Positions 12,944 to 24,825 of a stretch of DNA of 64,000 nt are shown in pieces. A program made the position numbers and the translations under genes. How positions within the stretch are numbered: the first letter of the stretch is position 1; each line of letters starts with the position of its first letter. Source of the DNA: Okamejei kenojei (taxonomy: Eukaryota); contig CM069140.1 in NCBI GenBank assembly GCA_035221665.1, positions 40,796,001 through 40,860,000 of the forward strand, in the 5' to 3' direction. Below the pieces are notes generated by a model. It made no database searches. It saw nothing but the letters and a program-made list of their open reading frames with translations, and was not told the DNA's origin.

Positions 12944-13111
12944 TTTTTTTTATTTCAAAATATACTTTATTCAAATGATAAATATATACAATACATTAAC
13001 CTTGCGGAAAATCCATCCGACATTTTCGGAGGCTGTACAATAGATCAATACATTTTAGACATTTCTTTCCCCCAAATTTCCACAAATCAGTCCCCCACTC
13101 GTGCCACAATG
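12944..13111 (-). mobile_element. Short poly-A-tailed retroposon fragment (L1/Tx1-type 3' end) nested in Penelope
   Basis: Poly-T and tttatt on the plus strand; flanked by an imperfect direct repeat gctcagtt(c/t)gtaat (~12932-12944 and ~13112-13125). Confidence 0.7.
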
Positions 13112-13255
13112 GCTCAGTTTGTAATAACCAACCTGATCTCCCGGTGGCTCAGCATTTCAACTTCCCCTCCCATTCCGAATCCGACCTTACTGTCGTGGGC
13201 CTCCTCCATGGCCAGAGTGAGGACCACCGGAAATTGGAGGAGCAGCACCTCGTAT

Positions 13256-14038
13256 TGGACGGTGATTTTAAACTAGATAAACAAATAGGCGCGGTGGTTA
13301 AGTCCAGCTTCTTTCACCTAAGGAAGCTGGCAAAGGTGAAGCCCATTCTCGAGCGGCAGCATTTTGAAACAGTAATCCATGCCTTTATTACATCTAGGCT
13401 GGATTATTGTAACGCCCTCTACTCTGGAGTCGCAAGAGCTTCATTGGCTCGTCTCCAGCTTGTCCAAAATGCCGCCGCTCGCCTTTTGACCGGAGCTCGA
13501 AAGAGGGAGCACATTACGCCAATTTTGGCCTCCCTTCACTGGCTCCCAGTGCATTTTCGAGTTCACTTTAAAATTCTTTTGTTTGTTTTTAAATCGCTGA
13601 ATGGGCTCGCCCCATCTTATCTCTCTGAGCTGCTCCACCTATATGCTCCTGCCCGGTGCCTCAGGTCAGCTGATCAGCTGCTCCTTGAGGTACCAAGGTC
13701 TAAGCGGAGGCTCAGAGGGGATAGAGCCTTTTCTGTTGCTGCTCCGGCACTCTGGAACACCTTGCCGCTGCACATCAGACAGGCCCCCTCACTGTCCATC
13801 TTCAAATCCTCCCTCAAGACTCATTTTTATTCCTTGGCTTTCGACACTGGCTGAGGCTTTGCTCCTGTTCTTAGTGCTTTTAATGTCTTTTAACTTTTAG
13901 AGTGTGTTTTTTATAGTCCTTCGTCTTAACGGTTTTTATTGATTTGTAATGCCTTGTCCATGAGTTCTCATGTACAGCACTTTGTGGCAACTGTAGTTGT
14001 TTAAAGCGCTTTATAAATAAAGTTATTATTATTATTAT
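13256..14038 (+). mobile_element. 5'-truncated L2-clade LINE with open ORF2 C-terminus and (TTA)n tail
   Basis: HAFITSRLDYCNALYSG...LQLVQNAAARLLTG...EHITPILASLHWLPV...RAFSVAAPALWNTLP; tail aataaagttattattattatt. Confidence 0.95.
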
Positions 14039-15264
14039 ATTTCGCTTGGGCAGTTTGTACCCCAGCAGTAAGAACATTGACTTCTCAAATTTCAGGTAGT
14101 CCTCACTGTCTCCTCCCCTTCCCAGCTCTCCCTCAGCCCTCTGGCTCCTCCTCTTCCTTTCTTCTTGTGAAGAACCCTGTACAAATGTGAAATTAAAACT
14201 GTACAAAGATAATGGCCTTCAATTTAGTCATGGCTCCAATGAGATTGACATGGGTCTCAGGAAAATAGGACATGATCTAAATGCACACTAGTTGTAACAT
14301 ACTCTGGAGATGGTGGATATTGTGTGATAGTTAAAGGAGCTAACAAAGTAGTAAAATGTAGTTCCCCTCTTCTAAGGATTGAATATTTGTGGTAAATTGT
14401 AGATTCTAATTAATCATATTTGTCACATTTAATGACAGGAAAAAGAACAGGATGAAATAATATTAAAAATCTTTATTACTACATAACAACATTTGTGAAT
14501 CTGGTGCGCAGGCCTTTTATTACAATGACCATGTGTTACTTACAAAACATTACACACTTCAGTAGTTTAAATTTCTAACAATTATTTGGCTGGAGTCCAG
14601 TTTATAGTGGAATCTGTAGTTTGGTTGCGCTGAAAAATAATGGTATTACTGGCAAATCCATGTAGCTAAACAAAATTATGACACAATTGCAACATTTCTG
14701 AATATATATTTAACCTTTTGAATTTTGAAATGAAATAATTAAAAGATTGTGATGATTTTTAAGCCACAAGCAATATTGGTTGAATTTTCACCTTGAAGTT
14801 TGTTTCTATAAAAACGTCAAAGTCGACGTGTGGTGCAATAAAACTTTGGATATGCAATGAATGAAGCAATATTGGGGTGCCATGTTCACATAAATCCTTT
14901 TATCCGTAATTTTTCTTTTGCCACTTTAGTGTTTATATTCTGAATTCTAAACTAATTTCAGAACTTGACCTATTATTTTAGACAGATGATCTACTGAGAC
15001 ACACACTGAGGCAAAATTGAACGTAAATTCCTAATTTGCCTTTAAAATGGATAATAAGAACTGTTTGTAATATTTGAAGAGCAATGAGGTAAATATTAAA
15101 CAATAATCATCCCTCAATCAATAAGACCAAAAATAAAGCATCTGGTGTAGGATTGAACCGCAGGTGCTGGTTTAAACCGAAGAGATACAAAAGTTACCCG
15201 GACAGGGCGTCGAAGGACGAGAAGCCAAAGCGAAGAAGTGGAAGGTAAGATACTGAATGGATAC

Positions 15265-15470
15265 TATGCCGAAAAGCCAAATAACCAAATGGAAATGACG
15301 CCGAAAAGCCAAATAACCGAACGGACATAAAACTGAAAAGCCAAATAACCGAATGGAAATTACGCCGAAAAGCCAAATAACCTAACGGACGCGATGCCGA
15401 AAACCTAAATAACCGAACGGGCGTAATGCCGAAAAGCCAAATATGCGACACAGAAGAGCCAAATAACGGA
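15265..15470. repeat. 32-bp tandem repeat, ~6 copies (gccgaaaagccaaataacc...)
   Basis: Unit starts at 15268, 15300, ~15332, 15364, 15396, 15428. Confidence 0.9.
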
Positions 15471-15748
15471 CATGACAACTCCAGGGACCCGGATTTGTCC
15501 AAGACCTTGTCAGTGAATGGTCCAGATCCCACGTCCATCACATGGAGGGAGGGGATTTTTAATTTTCCTTTGCTGCTTTTGGACTGCCAAAGATCATAGA
15601 GCGGATTATTTTTGTAAGTGTTGATCTACCACGGTGCTTGGTGTTAAGAGGCTGGAATCTCCCTCTCCCCCTTCCCTCTCCCCACTCTACTCTCTTTCTC
15701 TTTTTTTCCCAGAATCATTTGGCGTTTTGCAAAGCGAACTCATCCTAT

Positions 15749-15840
15749 TGAAGAAGAACCCTGGCCCGAAACAACTCCTAATCCATTCCCTCCACAGATG
15801 CCGCCTAATCCGCTGAGTTTCTCCAGCACACTGTTTTTTA
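15749..15840 (+). repeat. Short Penelope pLTR-derived repeat
   Basis: tgaagaagaaccctggcccgaaac...cagatgccgcctaatccgctgagtttctccagca. Confidence 0.65.
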
Positions 15841-15855
15841 TTTAACTCTGAAATT

Positions 15856-15953
15856 GAAGATAAACACAAAAAGCTGGAGTAAGTCAGCGGTTCAGGCAAC
15901 AGCCCCGGAGAGAAGGAATGGGTGACGTTTCGGGTCGAGCCCCTTCTTCAGAC
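15856..15953 (-). repeat. Short Penelope pLTR-derived repeat with hammerhead-like core
   Basis: Minus strand CTGAAGA-AGGGGCTCGACCC-GAAA-CGTC at 15924-15951. Confidence 0.8.
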
Positions 15954-16148
15954 TGAACTGAACTCTCGTCGGTGAAAGTACTTGTGATTGTCTGAAGAAG
16001 GGTCTTTGGTAATCGTGTTCATATAATGGGGTCCAGTTACAACAGCATTCTGGAATGTCACTCATCTGTGCACTTTATACGCATTAACCTAGAAATAAAA
16101 AATTTCAGAAAATGAAATGGGATCCAACATAGTAAAGGCCATTCGTGT

Positions 16149-16177
16149 CTGATGAGAGGTCTCGACCCGAAATGTCA
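16149..16177 (+). ncRNA. Minimal type I hammerhead ribozyme-like motif in a short Penelope-derived repeat (16146-16242)
   Basis: CTGATGA (16149-16155), helix II GGTC-TC-GACC, GAAA (16169-16172), then TGTC; helices I and III are very short. Confidence 0.6.
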
Positions 16178-16824
16178 CCTATTCCTTTTCTACAGAGATG
16201 CTGCCTGACCCGTTGAATTATTCCAGCATTTTGTGTCCGTCTTAGTTAAGGCCTTTCCTCACTTTATCTCTCTTCAATCACAATTTATCCAATGTTTCCT
16301 GTTCTAAAGAAGGGTCTTCAATCTGAAATGTTAACCATGTTTCTCTTTCTATAGATACTATTTGATCTGCTAAATATTTCCAGCTTTTAAAAAAATATAT
16401 ATATTTTAGACTTCCTGCATCTGCATCTTTTTCTCTTTTCTCTTCAGCTGGCTAGCATTCTTCTAAATTAGAATTCAGTACATTCCTCATTTCCAATTAC
16501 TGAACATCTCTCGATGCAGGGGAGATTGAAAAGCTGAGGTCATTGCAACACCTTCCCCTCAAGATGATATCAGCTCATTTACAAGTACCAGGAATTGAAT
16601 TTGAGTCATTTCTGGTTGCTGTGGGTCAGTGCATGATCACATAATGCACTTGTAGGAGAGGTTGTAAAATTGTAATTATTCATCACAGTTCGATCGTGCT
16701 TAAGTTGTTTGCAGAGTTATTGGCTGCAAATGAGAAATGGGGAAAGAAGATAAAGGTTGACAGGATTTCTACCAGCAATATGTTTGGAAGGTGGGTGGAG
16801 ATCAAATCACAGTCAATCATGCTA

Positions 16825-18104
16825 TCGATGTATTACTAAAAGTCTGATCTTGACCACTTCCTGTTCTGTATATTGATTTTAGAAAAAATGCTGCCACTTA
16901 CGGCTGTGATTTTTGGCCATCTTACTCAGAGTCCCCCCTCCGCTCAGGACGAGGATTTTTGCCATCGATGAAAAATAAAAGGGTTATTAGTGTTTAAAAT
17001 GTTTTTAGATTCTCTCTCCTGAAGGCCACGCACCTTCCGGAGGGACTATAAAACCCGGAAGTGTGGAGGTGCTTCAGTTCTCTGCAAGATGGGGGAGCGA
17101 GAGGTCGCAATTCTCAGTCTGAGCTGTGAATAACACTGAACACATGTCTACTAACCAGTGAGTGGTTTTACTAACCTGTCAGAGCCCTTAATGTGGTTTG
17201 AAAATGCAAAAGTGTGTTTTGGTTTGAAAGTGCTAAAACTGTGTTGCCTTTGGTTTTGAAAGAGCTAAAGCAAGCTGTGTTGCCTTTGGTTTTGAAAGTG
17301 TTAAAGCAAGCTGCCTTGCCTTTGGTTTTGAAAGTGCTAAAGCAAGCTGCCTTGCTTGATTAGGGATGTCTTGCTTAATTAGAGCTGCCTTGCCTATATA
17401 ATTAGAAGTCTAATTTTGACCACTTCATGTTTGCTTTCTTAAGTCTAATCTTGACCACTTCCTGTATTGATTTTAGAAAAAACTCTACCACATTCGGCTG
17501 TGATCTTTGGCCATCTTACTCAGTCTCCCTCTGCTCATCAGGCGCCAAGCATTTTTCCCATTGATGATAAATAAAAGAGTTATTAGTGTTTTAAAAATGT
17601 TGAGATTCCCTATCCTGTCAATCATGCCATGAAGGCCACGTCCCTTCTGGGGGGAGGGACTATAAAACCCGGAAGTGTAGGCGTGGCTCAGTCTCTGCAT
17701 GATGGGGGAGGGAGAGGTCACGACTCGCTGTCTTTAGTGGCCTTGCACCCTGCTTGAAATGGTATGAAACTGCACTTGAATTTGGTACCCTTGCACCCTA
17801 CTTGAAATGGAATTTCAAGGAATAGCCACACGTCAACTGCGAGCCCACCAGCCGTGAGTGAGCTGCCAGCATAACAGGCTTGAGTGACTGAGCTGCCAGC
17901 CCAAGGATCCATTCGGCCCACAATGTCCATACTAACCCTCTGGAAACCATTCCTTCAGCCCCCGACACCCATACTAGCGCTCCAGAAAGCCTCCCCCCCC
18001 CCCTACTGGCCACCAAAATTGGAATTGGTGGAGAGGTGAAATATTGCGTCGGGGTACCAGCCCTCCCATGTGATGCTGGGACCCAACGGGTCCCACTTAG
18101 TCTA
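16825..18104 (+). mobile_element. Non-autonomous Helitron-like element with duplicated 5' module
   Basis: 3' hairpin gggacccaacgggtccc followed by acttagtCTAG; 5' module (actaaaagtc...cttgaccacttcctg) at ~16835 and again at ~17440; internal ~35-bp repeats 17220-17350; homologous to the minus copy at 45824-46816. Confidence 0.75.
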
Positions 18105-18357
18105 GTATCCCCTAAAATCAAGAAACACTCATTGTCCAGGTTCCTTCACAAAAGTAACAATTTGGGTGAGATTACAGACGGCCATCGCATCCAGAGAACT
18201 GCAACATCAGAGGGGTTAGCTTTGTGAAAGGAGCGACAATTTAGTGATTGATCGAACGGGACTGTGGGGGTGCCACTGGCAGGGATTTGCTCATAGATGC
18301 CAGTTCTGGACAAGATTGCATACCTAATCAACCAAAAAGCTCCTAAATTACTCGAGG

Positions 18358-18630
18358 ATAATTTAGTTTAGAGATAAAGGCAAAGAAACTGGCTTTTCGA
18401 CCCATCGAGTCCATGCCAACCATCAATGACCCATTCACACTAGATCTATGCTAGCCCACATTCTCATCCACTGCCTACACATTAGGGGCAATTTTACAGA
18501 GACCAATCAACGTCCAATCCCGCACGTCTTTGGGCTATGGGAGGAAACCAGTGGACCCAGAGAAAATCTACACGTTCTCAGGGAGAACCTGCAAACTCCA
18601 CATGGATACTACCTGAGGTCTGGATTAAAT
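18358..18630 (-). mobile_element. V-SINE (HE1-like), partial
   Basis: V-domain ggtttcctcccatagcccaaagacgtgcgg on minus; CR1-like tail with (aaact)n. Confidence 0.75.
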
Positions 18631-19135
18631 GTGGCTCTCTCTAAGACTGACTCAGCATTTCGGTATCCTCATCATTGAACTTACTCGCCAAGTGGAGGAG
18701 TGCAATCTCGCTGAGATTCCCCATCTTTTATGGCAAATCTGCTTTCATATCTTGTCTAGTCCAGATATAGTCCAGATACCTGGGGCCCATTGATGTTGAT
18801 GGGCATAACAAAAGAAGAAAGCAAAGAGGAATGGAAGTTTGTTCTTGATAAAATCTATTCTTCATTTTATTTCTGTTTATAGCTGATTATACTTTTGTGT
18901 TTTTTAAAAGTAGTTGATTTAAAAAAAAAAAAAAGCTAAAGCTAGTGTCCCTGTATGCAAAGACCAGAGATGACTATAGGCAGTAACTGCAGCCACAGAA
19001 ACTGGCCAATAAGACCTGCTGCATTGTGTTTGTATTTACCATGTTTTATCCTCCCCTTTGAAGTATTTGCAGTTGGGAAACAAAACTCAGCAAATCAGTT
19101 AACAAGACCATGAGCTGGCAGGTTTTAAAAATTGA

Positions 19136-19443
19136 GTTTAGTTTAGTTAGCGATACTGTGTGGAAATAGGCCCTTTGGCCCACCAGGTCCACACCGACCA
19201 GCGATCCCCTCGCATTAACACTACCCTACACACACTAGGGATAATTTTACACATACACCAAGCCAATTAACCTACATACCTGTACGTCTTTGGAGTGTGG
19301 GAGGAAACCAAAGATCTTGGAGGAAATCCACGCGGTCATGGGGAGAACGTACAAACTCCGTATAGTCGGGATAGAACCTGGGTCTACGATGCTGCTAACG
19401 CTGTAAGGCAGCAACTCTACCGCTGCGCTACCGTGGATGCCCC
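19136..19443 (-). mobile_element. V-SINE (HE1-like), near full length
   Basis: tRNA-like head (A box tagcgcagcgg, B box ggttctatccc), V-domain ggtttcctcccacactccaaagac, CR1-derived tail gggccaaagggcctatttcc and (aaact)n. Confidence 0.9.
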
Positions 19444-19879
19444 ATTCTCTAATATCTGTCAAGGAAAGGGTCCTGATATCTTTGCTGAGTTTGATCTACC
19501 ACTAACTCTACAGTTGTACGTAGAGTCAGCATCGATGAGTTGGGCCAAAGGGCCTATTTCTGTGCTGTTCTTTTCAGTTTACATTCAATGCACAAAGATT
19601 TCACTAAGCATGATCACAGCAATGTGAATTGTAGATCAAGTATACACAGACTTTTGGAATGAAATGAAGCATGAAGATTACACCTACTTCTACGTAATCC
19701 TTTGAAACACAAAGCTCCCCAATATAGGTGAGCAGCAGGTACATACAGCAAAGCATGCACACAGTGCAGAGTAACAGAAGACAGCCACAAGACAATATTT
19801 AACTGTGTCCTGCTGTCTTGAAGAAAATAAGAATTAATCCCATAAAATAGTCATAGAATAAATAGCCCAGCCAGTGTCA

Positions 19880-20172
19880 CCAACCACCAAACATGCATTT
19901 TCTCAAATCCAATACTAACGTTTTATTCTCCCCACATTCTTCTCAATACCTTCCAAATTATTTGACTCGCCTGTGTAATAAGAGCAATTTACAGTGACCA
20001 ATCAACCAACCAACCTACATTGCTTTGCGATGTGGAGGAAACTAAAGCACACCAAGCAAACCAACATGGTAATTGGCAAAATCTGTAAGATCCATACAGA
20101 CAGCCCAGAGGTCAGGATTGAAACCTGGTTGCTCGGTGAGGCAGTAGCTCTAGTGTCTGCACCACTCTGCCA
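19880..20172 (-). mobile_element. Old V-SINE
   Basis: Head ggtggcagagtggtgcag...caggtttcaatcctgacctc and V-domain agtttcctccacatcgcaaag on minus. Confidence 0.65.
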
Positions 20173-20419
20173 CCTACAGAACAGGAGTTAGTTGTAGACT
20201 AAATTCAACAAGGATAACAGGATCTCTTCACTGACAGACATTAATGAACCAACTCAGTTTTTACAATATGCCACCTTTGATGGTCTTGTTAACTTATTTA
20301 CTGAGTTTAGATACAAAACCTGAACTGAAGGCATTTAATTGATATCCTGTGAGTTTCTGTCCAAATTATAACCAATATACCTTGTTTGCTTGATCAATAA
20401 TTTGCATTTGTTATCGATC

Positions 20420-20750
20420 ACGACAAAGAATTTAATGAGGGCAAAGGAGTAGACATTGTCGATATAGACTTTGACGGAATTTGATAAGGTTCCGCATGGT
20501 AGTTTACTCGGCAAGGTTAGATTGCATGGAATACAGGGAGAGCAAGCCAACTGGATAGAGAACTGTCTAAGGTTGAAAGTTGTTTTTTGGACTGGAGGCC
20601 CATTGCTGTTTGTGGTTTGTATCAATGCTATGGATGAGAATGTACACGGCATGATTCATAGGTTTGCAGATGGAACTAGTTTAGATTGAGCATGCTTATC
20701 AGAATGGGCAGGTTTGGGAGAATGGCCTGTTTTCATGCTGTATGACTTTA
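20420..20750 (+). mobile_element. Degenerate CR1 fragments
   Basis: FDKVPHGSLLGKVRLHGIQG and RFADGT motifs plus CR1 tail. Confidence 0.7.
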
Positions 20751-20921
20751 AATATTAAACCTGCAGTACACCTACTTTACTGTAATCATTGACTGCAGTG
20801 AATCATACTTCACTCTGAAACATTATGATCAGTAATAGCCCTTGCAGAAATTGATAATGTTATTGATTATTAAGCAAACATTTAATGCATGTGGTTGCAT
20901 AATCACATTTGTCAGAGCTGA

Positions 20922-21610
20922 GTCATAGAGTGGTAGTCATACAGCATGGATACCGCCCTTCGGCCCAATTTTCCCATGTCCTCCCAACATACTCATGTAG
21001 GCCAGTACCATTTGCTGGCATTTGGCCCACATCCCTCCAAACTTCCTTTCCATGTACCTGTCCACATGAGTTTTAAATGCTGTTAATTAATGAACTTGCC
21101 TCAAACACTTTCTCTGGAAACTCATTCCATAAATTCACCAGACTCTGTGTGCAGATCCTCTGCAGAACATTTTTAAAACTTTCCTCACTCACCTTTAACC
21201 TTGAGTTATGCCCTCAAGTTTTTGATTTCCCTTCTCTGTGAAAGAGACTGAGTGCATTCACTGTATGTCATGTTGTCACTTGCGGGCGGAGCACCAAGGC
21301 AAATTCCATGTATGTGAATACTTGGCCAATAAACTTATTCATTCATTCACCTTATCAATGCCCCTCATGATTTTATACACCTCTATAAGATCATATACCC
21401 AGTCTCTTACGCTCCAAGAAATAAAGTCCGAGCCTGCCCAATCTCATCTTACAACTCATGCCTTTGAGTCTTGGCAACATTATTGTCAATCTTCTTCATG
21501 CTCTTTCCAACTTAACAATGTCTTTCCAGTGGCAGGGTAACTAAAACTGAACACAATACTCAAAGAACAACTGCAACATGATGTCCCAGCTCTTGTACTC
21601 AATGCCCAAA
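20922..21610 (-). mobile_element. Old CR1 3' end with a small plus-strand LINE-tail insertion at ~21258-21348
   Basis: CR1 tail gggccgaagggcggtatcc on minus; insertion ends aataaacttattcattcattca. Confidence 0.7.
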
Positions 21611-21710
21611 ATTACCCTTGCCCCAATTTAGGACCTTAGCTTGTGGAGCAGTCCTATCTCTCTTCGTAAATATTCAACAACTAATAGAATTACGATCCTT
21701 GGTCTTAAAG

Positions 21711-22022
21711 TGGGGTGACACAATGGTGCAGCTGATGGAACTACTGCCTCAAGGTACAAGAAACCTAGGTACGATCCTGACCTTGGGTGCTGCCTGTGTG
21801 GATTTTACACATTCTACCTGTGACTGTGTGGGTTTCCTCCAGGTGCTCCGGTTTCTTCCCACACCGTAAAGATGTGCGGGTCTGTAGGTTAACTGATCTC
21901 TGTAAATTGTTCCTAGTGTGTAGGGAGTGGATTTGAAAGTGGAATAAAATAGAACTATTGTGAACGGATAATCAGTGGCTGGAGTGGGCATGATTTCCAT
22001 GCTGCATCTTTCAATCAATCCA
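21711..22022 (+). mobile_element. V-SINE (HE1-like)
   Basis: Head tggtgcagctgatgg...ggtacgatcctgacc; V-domain gggtttcctccaggtgctccggtttcttcccacaccgtaaagatgtgc. Confidence 0.85.
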
Positions 22023-22374
22023 AAAAAAGCTTCCCCACTGACATTTCACTTGTTCTACCTCAATCCAGAGGAGACATTGCATTGCACCCTCGTTTGCACA
22101 GACCACAGAGTGATTAACAAAACTTTCAAGGGCATATTTAACAAATTGCTCTCATTCCAAGCCATTTTCACTATGGGTGACCCAGTCACTATTGGGGAAG
22201 TTAAAATCACCCACTAATACTATCCTGGCATTGAAACACATACAGTTTAAACCTGCGGTATTCCCATTTTCTTTGCAATGCAATGAGATCGCAATGATCC
22301 ATGACCTGAATTTATATCCTGCACTAGCTCTTCAGCTATGTATTCATCTTGACCTATCCTTCTATGTCTTCCCT

Positions 22375-22830
22375 CACTAGCACATGGCACTGGGAGTAAT
22401 CCAGAGACGACTAACATTAAATTATTGTTTTTAACCTCTTTCATAACCCCCCATATTCGCTCTGCAGGATCTCACCTCTTTTTCTAACATGTCATTGGTA
22501 TTTACATGCACAACAACCTCTGGCTGTTCACCCTTCCCCTTGAGAATATTCTGCAGAGACTTCCTTGACCTTGGCACCCAGGAAGCAACACACCACCCTA
22601 GTATCTCCTTTGCAGCCACAGAGTCTCCTGTCTGTCCCCCTAACTATTGAGTCTTGATCAATATCGCTCTGCCGGACTCCATTGTTCCCTGCTGAGCCTC
22701 AGAGCCAGTCAGTGTCATGGATCTGATTGCTACTGCTTGCCACCTATGAAAGGCCAACCCCACCACTACCCCTTCCAAAATATCCAAAGTGTGTGTCCAC
22801 AGTGGATCCCTACACTCTGTCTACCCTTTC
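22375..22830 (-). mobile_element. CR1 ORF1 remnant (SGNH/GDSL esterase domain)
   Basis: KGKGEQPEVVVHVNTND (ORF 22431-22619) and VVSGLLPVP (ORF 22247-22444). Confidence 0.75.
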
Positions 22831-22834
22831 CTTT

Positions 22835-23619
22835 CCTGACCTGGTTGGCGACCGACTCCGAACTCCAACAACAGCAGCAGCTTCATCAGCCCCGAATCAT
22901 GGGGCTTGAATCGGCCCGTTCGCAGGGCCTTTCATTGCCCAGCGCGGCTTAAAATTGGCCAGCGGGGGCTTCAACATCGGGAGCCTAGATGCAGCAGTTT
23001 GATTTTAAGCTGCGCTGGGCGATGAAAGGCCCCGTGAATGGGCTGATTAACCCCTTAGAAAGCGCCTGATACCCACTTGAATCTTTCAAAAACTACAATG
23101 TGATAAATAACGCAAACAAATAAAACTGAAGCTAATAAAGGCAAACAGAAGAACCAACCTTGGAAGGGGGTGTGAGAGAAAGAGAGATGGGAGAAACATA
23201 CTAAATAACGTGAGTGAGGGACATGCCTGCAAGCCAGCCAGGAAATCCGTTCGATCGGATTCCTTAATAACCTGACCCGTTTAAATCCGATACCCATTTA
23301 AATCTTTTCCATCCACCAATACATCCAATTAGTTCAAATGGTAATTGTACCCACATCAGACAGCTTTGGAAGGTCAAAACACAATTGGTGACACATCGTG
23401 TTAATACGGTGTTAATAGAGACATTTAACAAGCGCTTAACAGTGACACCCCCACTTCTCGCGGAAAGCAGAGATTTTATAATTTTTTTTTCACCGAATTT
23501 CAAAATCTGGATTACAAACCATGGGGGAAGGGGGGACTGTCCCCCAGCTCTCAAAACATGGGGGGGGGGGGGCACTGCCCCCCCGTCCCACCGCACCGCA
23601 CCCTGGATTTCCGTCCATA
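22835..23619 (-). mobile_element. Probable non-autonomous DNA transposon inserted in CR1 ORF1
   Basis: Separates two CR1 ORF1 pieces; hAT-like terminus atggacggaaatccaggg...gggggcagtgcccccc on minus; internal inverted repeat 22909-23048. Confidence 0.5.
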
Positions 23620-23880
23620 CCACCAGCTGCATCTTAGGTGTGACCACCTCACTAAAGCTCCTATCTATGATGCCATCCCAGTTGTTCCTGAGTGCTTCCA
23701 GTTCCTCCTCCAGTTCCTTGATGCAGTCAGTCGGAAGCTGCGGCTGGCTGCACTCCCCACAATATAGTCACTAGGGGGACACTGGTAGGTTCTCTGAACT
23801 CGCTGATCCTGAAGGAGAAACATACCCACTGCCCTAACTGCTATCCTGACTGAAGTTTAAAGACCTTACCTGTTCTTACC
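23620..23880 (-). mobile_element. CR1 ORF1 N-terminal remnant (Cys-rich/leucine zipper)
   Basis: Minus translation CGECSQPQLPTDCIKELEEELEALR and SFSEVVTPKMQ. Confidence 0.7.
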
Positions 23881-24599
23881 CCTGCATCTGCTCAAGCTTC
23901 TCACAAACCAGTGTCAGTACTTGCTACTGAAGCACAGCACTTGCAAATTCACACACAGCCACTCTCACAAATGGCTGTATCACCAAAGCCTGATTCCCTT
24001 TTATTCTGAAGCTAACGAGCTCCTACCATAACGGCTGCCTTTCAAATCTCCTGCGCTCAACATTAATGCCCTAATGGAAGTCATTGAATTGAAACATTGA
24101 CTCGATCAGACCTGACCTGCTAAGTATTTTCTTGGTTTAGATTTTTCCTTGATGTCATCCACTGCCATGCAGTGCTGGAATATGGCTTCACGTGCAGTTT
24201 CCTTCATATTGAGTTACTGATCCCAGCTGTGCTGTGTGACGCAGGTTCAGCCTCGCACAGAAGGCCAGCTGTCTTCCCACAGGGGAGGGTGGGATGTGTG
24301 GCATTCATTGCAACGTTCATCTTGAAACTACACCCATCTTGATGATTAACATCATGGGTGGCTGGGCAATAAAGCATGTCCATTCCCTTTCACGGATTCT
24401 CTTTTGATGTGATGAGAAAAGGACCTCACAAAGATGTTTTCCTCATTTCATATAGAAAATGCTGCAGGCCCCACTTTTAAAGTACTAAAAAAAAAAACAG
24501 TTTAGCAGTTTTAATTATTAGTACTTCAGCTGGAATTGTGCACTCCCATATTTCCTGAGGGCAAAGAAGACAATGATTGGGCTCATATGCCAATCTCAC

Positions 24600-24825
24600 T
24601 CCATCACCAATTTTCCCTGTAACCTGTTGTTTGCACACTCCCAACAATTCTAGCACTCAGCTACACAATTGGGGCAATTTACAGTGGCTGATTAATCTAC
24701 AGCCAGTACATTTTGGGGGAAATGGGAGGAAACTAGAGCAGCTGCAGATTCCATTACAGTACTGCACGTAAGGATTAAAGTTGGAGCACAAGAGCTGTGA
24801 GGCAGCATCTCCACCATGCTGCCTC
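24600..24825 (-). mobile_element. Old V-SINE remnant
   Basis: agtttcctcccatttcccccaaaatgtactggctgtagattaatcagccactgtaaattgcccc on minus. Confidence 0.55.

Larger units (their letters stand above)
12530..14165 (+). mobile_element. Penelope-like element GIY-YIG endonuclease region and 3' end, split by two nested insertions
   Basis: CNHKKCYTC...FTCISSNLIYCIRCSRCQLI*IGETKRRLGNRF; continues VAQHFNFPSHS...HRKLEEQHL; resumes atttcgcttgggcag at ~14039. Confidence 0.9.

Noticed and set aside
13144-13854. 236-aa ORF as a host or domesticated gene
   Set aside because: Chance in-frame junction of a Penelope endonuclease tail and a truncated L2 ORF2; it starts at GTG and has no promoter evidence.
15265-15470. 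CRISPR-like appearance of the 32-bp array
   Set aside because: The variable parts are only ~12 nt and related to each other, no cas genes are present, and the context is vertebrate.
18685-18780. Minus-strand exon with a strong gtaagt donor
   Set aside because: All three frames from the best acceptor contain stops; no support for coding.
19385-19443. tRNA gene
   Set aside because: The A/B boxes are the head of a V-SINE; no full cloverleaf is present.
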